Source: Polyangiales bacterium
Lineage (GTDB): Bacteria; Myxococcota_A; Polyangia; Polyangiales; JADJQN01
NCBI GenBank assembly: GCA_964202905.1
Contig: CAXNJO010000001.1
Location: forward strand, 416,001-480,000
Reading direction: 5' to 3'
DNA: 64,000 nt
A program made the translations under genes and the position numbers. Positions 59,520 to 64,000 of the stretch are shown piece by piece (position 1 is the stretch's first letter; each line of letters opens with the position of its first letter). A model generated the notes under the pieces. The model had not been told where the DNA came from and did no database searches. It worked only from the letters and a program-made list of their open reading frames with translations.

Positions 59520-60581
59520 TCAGGCGTCAGCACCGCGGGCCGCCGCGAAGGACGTGCCACCGAACGCCACCGCCCCGCCGCCCCCGATGCGCCCCACGTC
59601 CGCGTCCGCCTGCGCGACCGCGTCGACGAGGAAGCGCACCTCGCGCAGCGGCGGCTCCGCGCGCGACGGCAGCGAGGGCACGACCGTCGCCGGCAGTGAT
59701 CGCGCGAGCAACACCACCTTGCGCAGCCCGCTCGTGCGCGCGCGCTCCGTGACCGAGTCGAAGCCCGCGAGCGCGATCTCACGCCCGATGTCCGCATACA
59801 CGAGCCGCGCGGCGCGCATCGCGGTGCGCACGTCGCGCGGCAGCAGCGGGATCCCCGCATCCGCGCGCGCGTACAAAGCCTCGGCGCGGCCGAGCAGGCG
59901 ACGCACGACGCGCCCGATCCGCGCATCGAAACGCGGCGCCGCAAGGAAGGCGTCGGAGTCGATGCCCTCGCGCCGCAGCCACTCGAGCGGCAGGTAGAGC
60001 CGCCCTTCGCGCGCGTCCTCGCCGACGTCGCGCGCGATGTTCGTGAGCTGCATCGCCACGCCGAGATCGCACGCGCGATCGAGCACGCGCGGGGCCCGCT
60101 CACCCATGATGACCGTCATCATGACGCCCACCGTCGAGGCCACGCGCGCAGCGTACGCGACCACGTCGGAGAACGTGTCGTAGCGGCGGTTCGCGACGTC
60201 CCAGCGGAAGCCCTCGATGAGCGCCTCCGGGATCGCGCGGGGGATCCGGTGCGTGCGCACCGTGGCCGCGAACGCGCGATCGACGGGGTGATCGTCGGGC
60301 GTGCCCGCATACACCGACGCGAGGCGCACCGCGAGACGCTCGACGGCCGCGGATTTGCGCTCCGACGCGACGAGGTCCACGGCGTCGTCCGCGACGCGAC
60401 AGAACGCGTAGAGGGCCGCGATCGGCGCGCGCACGCGCGATGGCAGCAAGAGCCCCGCGGCGTGGAAGCTCTTGGAGCCCTCGCGCAGGATCTCGCGGCA
60501 CGCCTCGATGTCGGCGTCGCGGAGCGGCTCCGCCCCGGCCGACGCCTCCCGTGCGGTGGCGCCGGACTCAGCGCTGCGCAC
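59520..60581 (-). CDS. crtB: Phytoene synthase
   Basis: GSKSFH, LYAFCRVADDAVD, YAARVASTVG, LGVAMQLTNIARDVGEDA..GRLYLP. Confidence 0.95.
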   Translation of the reverse strand: MRSAESGATAREASAGAEPLRDADIEACREILREGSKSFHAAGLLLPSRVRAPIAALYAFCRVADDAVDLVASERKSAAVERLAVRLASVYAGTPDDHPVDRAFAATVRTHRIPRAIPEALIEGFRWDVANRRYDTFSDVVAYAARVASTVGVMMTVIMGERAPRVLDRACDLGVAMQLTNIARDVGEDAREGRLYLPLEWLRREGIDSDAFLAAPRFDARIGRVVRRLLGRAEALYARADAGIPLLPRDVRTAMRAARLVYADIGREIALAGFDSVTERARTSGLRKVVLLARSLPATVVPSLPSRAEPPLREVRFLVDAVAQADADVGRIGGGGAVAFGGTSFAAARGADA

Positions 60582-62169
60582 GCGCGCGCACCTCGGCCGG
60601 ATCCGGAACGATCGAGTCGAGCACGCGCGCCGACGAGAGGACGCCCGGCAGGCCCGCGCCCGGATGCGTCCCGGCGCCGACGAGGTAGAGCCCGTCCACG
60701 TCCTCGCTCTGGTTGTGCGGCCGGAAGAACGCGCTCTGCAGCAGCACCGGCTCGATGCTGAAGGCCGCGCCCTTCAGCGCGAGGTACTCGTCGTGGAAGG
60801 CCTGCGGCGTGAGCACGCGCGAGGTGACGAGGTTCTCTTCGACGCCGGGCAGCACCGTGTCCGAGAGGTAGCGCGAGATCTTCTGGCGGTAGCGCTCGCC
60901 CTCGACCTCCCAGTTGGTGCCGCTCTCGAGGTGCGGGACGGGCGAGAGCACGTAGAAGGCGTCACAGCCCTCCGGCGCCATCGACGGATCCGTCGCGGTC
61001 GGCCGGTGCAGGTAGAGCGAGAAGTCCTCGGCGAGGATCTTCTTCTCGAAGATGTCCTCGAGGAGCTCTTTGTAACGGGGCCCCAGCATGATCGTGTGGT
61101 GGGCCACCTTGTCGTACTTCTTCTGGGTCCCGAAGTACCAGACGAAGAGCCCCATCGAGTAACGCGAGCCCTCGATGCGCGTGTCCGTCCAGTGCTTGCG
61201 GTGCTCGGGCTTGAGCAGGTGCCGGTAGGTCCAGCCCGCGTCCGCGTTGGACACGACGATGTCCGCCGCGATGTGCTCGCCGTCGGCGAGACGCACGCCC
61301 GTCGCGCGGCCCTTTTCCTCGACGCCGTGCGGCGAGACCGTGATCTCCGCGACGTCGACGCCGAGCCGCACCGTGCCGCCGAGCCCCTCGATGAGACCGA
61401 CCATGCCCTTCACGAGCGCGCCCGTGCCGCCGATCGGAAAGTGCACGCCCCACTTGCGCTCGAGGAAGGCAATGAGCGTGTAGATGCTCGTCGTCGAGAA
61501 CGGGTTCCCGCCCACGAGCAGCGGGTGGAAGCTCATGATCTGACGAAGTTTTTCGCTCTTCACGTACTTCGCGACGAGCCCGTACACGGTGCGGTACGAC
61601 TCGAGCTTCATCATCTCGGGGATGATGCGCGCCATGTCCCAGAGGTGCGTGAAGGGCGCGTGCGCGAGCTTCTCGAAACCGACGCGGAAGATCTTCTCGC
61701 TCTGGACGACGAAGCGCTCGTAGCCCTCGACGTCGCCGGGCGCGAGACGCGAGACCTCGTCGCGCATCTGCGTGAACGAGCCCGTGTAGTCGAAGACGTC
61801 GCCGTCATCGAAGCGGATCCGATAGAACGGCGTGACCGGGCGGAGATCGACGTCGTCCTCGAGGCGCTTGCCGCAGAGCTTCCAAAGCTCCTCGAACAGG
61901 AAGGGCGCGGTGACGACGGTCGGCCCGGCGTCGAAGACGAAGCCCTTGTCGCGGAAGACGCGCGCCCGCCCGCCAGGCTGGTCGAGGCGGTCGATGACGG
62001 TCACGCGGTAGCCGCGCGCGCCGAGGCGGATCGCGGCGGCGAGCCCGCCGAAGCCAGCGCCGATCACCACCGCGTGCGGCGCGTCGTCGCCGCGCGGGCG
62101 AGGCTCACGCTGCGCGAGGAGACGGGTCTTGCTGGCCTGCGGGAGCTTGAGAGGAATCGCGGTCATCAC
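60568..62169 (-). CDS. crtI: Phytoene desaturase
   Basis: VIGAGFGGLAAAIRL, FDAGPTV, FHPLLVGGNPF, SLYLHRP, LYLVGAGTHPGAGLPGV. Confidence 0.95.
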   Translation of the reverse strand: MMTAIPLKLPQASKTRLLAQREPRPRGDDAPHAVVIGAGFGGLAAAIRLGARGYRVTVIDRLDQPGGRARVFRDKGFVFDAGPTVVTAPFLFEELWKLCGKRLEDDVDLRPVTPFYRIRFDDGDVFDYTGSFTQMRDEVSRLAPGDVEGYERFVVQSEKIFRVGFEKLAHAPFTHLWDMARIIPEMMKLESYRTVYGLVAKYVKSEKLRQIMSFHPLLVGGNPFSTTSIYTLIAFLERKWGVHFPIGGTGALVKGMVGLIEGLGGTVRLGVDVAEITVSPHGVEEKGRATGVRLADGEHIAADIVVSNADAGWTYRHLLKPEHRKHWTDTRIEGSRYSMGLFVWYFGTQKKYDKVAHHTIMLGPRYKELLEDIFEKKILAEDFSLYLHRPTATDPSMAPEGCDAFYVLSPVPHLESGTNWEVEGERYRQKISRYLSDTVLPGVEENLVTSRVLTPQAFHDEYLALKGAAFSIEPVLLQSAFFRPHNQSEDVDGLYLVGAGTHPGAGLPGVLSSARVLDSIVPDPAEVRARAQR

Positions 62170-62226
62170 GTGCTTTCGTTGGAGCCGGTCGGGAGAATAG
62201 GAGCAGCCCGCCGCAGCGGAAAGGGC

Positions 62227-63456
62227 TCATCCCGGGGAGAGCGCCCCGTGGGCCATGCGGTAGTCGAGACGTTCGCCGGCGTCGAGCAGGATGAACTCGG
62301 GGTGCGTGGTCGTGAGGAACACCTGCCCGCAGTGCCGCGCGAGCAGCGCGAAGAGGCGACGGTTCTTCGCGCGGTCGAGCTCGCTCGAGACGTCGTCGAG
62401 CAGAAGCAGCGGCACGTGCCCCGTGCGCGCCTCGAGCACGCGCAGCTCCGCGACCTTCAGCGCGAGCACGATCGCCCGGTGCTGGCCCTGCGACGCGTGC
62501 CGCCGCGCGAGCGTCTCCTCGAGCGTGAGCGCGAGCTCGTCCGCGTGCGGCCCCTCGGCCGTGAAGCCGCGCGCGAGGTCCTTCTCGAGGGCGCGCGCGA
62601 GCGCCTCGCGGAGCGCGTCCACGGTGGGCTCGACGCGCGGTCGGTAGCGCACCGCGAGGGCCGCCGTGTCGCCGCTGATCTCCGCGAAGGCTTCCGCGGC
62701 GAGCGGCGCGAGGTCCGCGACGAGCCGCGCCCGCGTGTCTCCGACGATCGCGCCCGCCGACGCGAGCAGCTCGTCGTAGGCCGTGATCGCGCGGCGATCG
62801 GGCCGCTCCGCGCGGAGCAGGCGGTTGCGCGAGCGCAGCGCCTTCTCGTAGGCGGCGGCGGCCGAGGCGTACGTGGGGTCGAGCTGCGAGAGGATGCGGT
62901 CGAGCAGCGCGCGGCGGGGCTCTGGTCCGCCCGCCGGGAGCTCGACGTCACCCGGGTGGAAGAGCACCACGCGCGTCGCCGCGTGCCACTGCGCGATGGA
63001 GCGCGGCTTCTTGCCGTCGAGCGCGAGCGCCCGCGCCCGGCCTGTCTCGAGCGCGACGCGAAACGTGCGCGGTGCGAGGTCACCGGCCACGCGCATCGCG
63101 AGCGCGGTCTTCTCGGCGGCGATGCGGTCGGGGCCGCGCTGCACGAGGTCCTCGGTGCGCGCGCCGCGAAAACTGTCGAGCCGCGCGAGGTAGTCGATCG
63201 CCTCGAGCAGCGACGACTTCCCCGCGCCGTTGTCCCCGGAGAGGACGTGGAAGCGCGGCCCTGGCGCGAGCGAGAGCGGCGCGAGGTTGCGGAAGCCGCG
63301 CACCTCGAGCGCGGTGAGCCGCAGCGCCTTGCGCGAGGCGGCGTCCCGCGGCGCATCTCGCGCTGCCGCCTCTCGCGCTGCCGCCTCTGGCCACGCAGCG
63401 CCGTGCACGGCGTCGGCGGGGTCTGCGCCTGGCGCGTCTTCGCGGCGCGGCTCCAT
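62227..63456 (-). CDS. recF: DNA replication/repair protein RecF
   Basis: GFRNL, GDNGAGKSSLLEAI, LRSRNRLL, GPHADEL, ASQGQHR, LLLDDVSSELD. N-terminal ~40 aa low-complexity extension includes a 15-bp duplication (EAAAR x2). Confidence 0.93.
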   Translation of the reverse strand: MEPRREDAPGADPADAVHGAAWPEAAAREAAARDAPRDAASRKALRLTALEVRGFRNLAPLSLAPGPRFHVLSGDNGAGKSSLLEAIDYLARLDSFRGARTEDLVQRGPDRIAAEKTALAMRVAGDLAPRTFRVALETGRARALALDGKKPRSIAQWHAATRVVLFHPGDVELPAGGPEPRRALLDRILSQLDPTYASAAAAYEKALRSRNRLLRAERPDRRAITAYDELLASAGAIVGDTRARLVADLAPLAAEAFAEISGDTAALAVRYRPRVEPTVDALREALARALEKDLARGFTAEGPHADELALTLEETLARRHASQGQHRAIVLALKVAELRVLEARTGHVPLLLLDDVSSELDRAKNRRLFALLARHCGQVFLTTTHPEFILLDAGERLDYRMAHGALSPG

Positions 63457-63475
63457 CGCGGCGATCGGATCCTGC

Positions 63476-64000
63476 TCAGATCCGCATCGGCATGATCACG
63501 CCGACGAAGCCTTCGTGCTGCGCAGCCTTGACCACGCCGGGGTCGAGCTCGCCAGAGAGCTCGAGCGCCACTTCGTCGTCCGGCAGCGCGCCGAGCACGT
63601 CGAGCAGGTAGCGCGCGTTGAAGCCCACGACGAGCGGCGCCCCGGCGTAATCGACGTCGAGCTCTTCCGAGCCCTCGCCGACGTCCGGGTTCTCGCTCGT
63701 GATCTTGAGTTTGCCGGGCTCGAGAGTGAGGCGGACGCCGCCCGACTTGTCGCTCGCGACGAGGTTGATACGCCGCAACGCCTCGTAGAACTGCACGCGC
63801 GCGACCACCACGCGTTTGGTCTGCTGCTGCGGGATGACGCGCGCGTAGGGCGGGAACTGCTCGTCCGCGAGCTTCACCGAGAGCTGCATGCCCTCGCGGC
63901 GGAAGAACGCGTTGCTGCCCGCCTGTCCGAGCCCGACGAGGTTCGGCGTGTCATCGCCCTTCACGCGTGCGCTCTTCGCGTCCTCCGCGATGCGCAGCAG
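63476..64000 (-). CDS. dnaN: DNA polymerase III beta sliding clamp, 3' part (gene begins beyond the window)
   Basis: FPPYARVIP, GEGSEEL, GFNARYLLDVL, VIMPMRI C-terminus. Confidence 0.95.
   Translation of the reverse strand: MLRIAEDAKSARVKGDDTPNLVGLGQAGSNAFFRREGMQLSVKLADEQFPPYARVIPQQQTKRVVVARVQFYEALRRINLVASDKSGGVRLTLEPGKLKITSENPDVGEGSEELDVDYAGAPLVVGFNARYLLDVLGALPDDEVALELSGELDPGVVKAAQHEGFVGVIMPMRI

Noticed and set aside
63476..64000. oriC / DnaA boxes
   Set aside because: The region is dnaN coding sequence; dnaA and any DnaA-box cluster would lie beyond the right edge.

Overview
A very GC-rich chromosomal segment, most likely from a myxobacterium (Myxococcota, Polyangiales-like; inferred from gene content, lipoprotein style and composition). 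It lies next to the replication origin region: the right edge carries the 3' part of dnaN and recF, and a perfect parS palindrome plus two variants lie about 31-33 kb inside. About 55 genes are supported. Housekeeping genes include leuB-like, thiE, gdhA, cdsA, uppS, two DnaJ-family genes, bioF, bioD, an acyl-CoA dehydrogenase, tRNA-Ala(CGC), serC, uvrB and an RluA synthase. No CRISPR array, prophage or IS element was seen. Three genes (the haloperoxidase fusion, the lytic transglycosylase and uvrB) have clustered single-base frameshifts that look like assembly errors. The most unusual elements are: (1) an exported lipoprotein kinase of the Four-jointed/Fam20 (Golgi kinase) type, head-to-head with a type-I-membrane phosphodiester glycosidase (NAGPA-like), a candidate extracytoplasmic phosphorylation/uncovering module; (2) a coupled DUF2271-like/FN3/CFI-box-CTERM + DUF4266 + DUF3570 trio with degenerate flavinylation-like motifs and no apbE; (3) an actinobacterial-style aromatic carotenoid gene set (crtI-B-T-U / crtY-V) split into two convergent arms attached to housekeeping operons; (4) an orphan FliI/SctN export ATPase coupled to dnaJ; (5) an Omp85-DUF4390-NtrY-like kinase-TlpA operon followed by a non-canonical Fic protein; (6) a CDP-based methyl-branched deoxysugar cluster. 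All family calls come from motif recognition by eye, not database searches.
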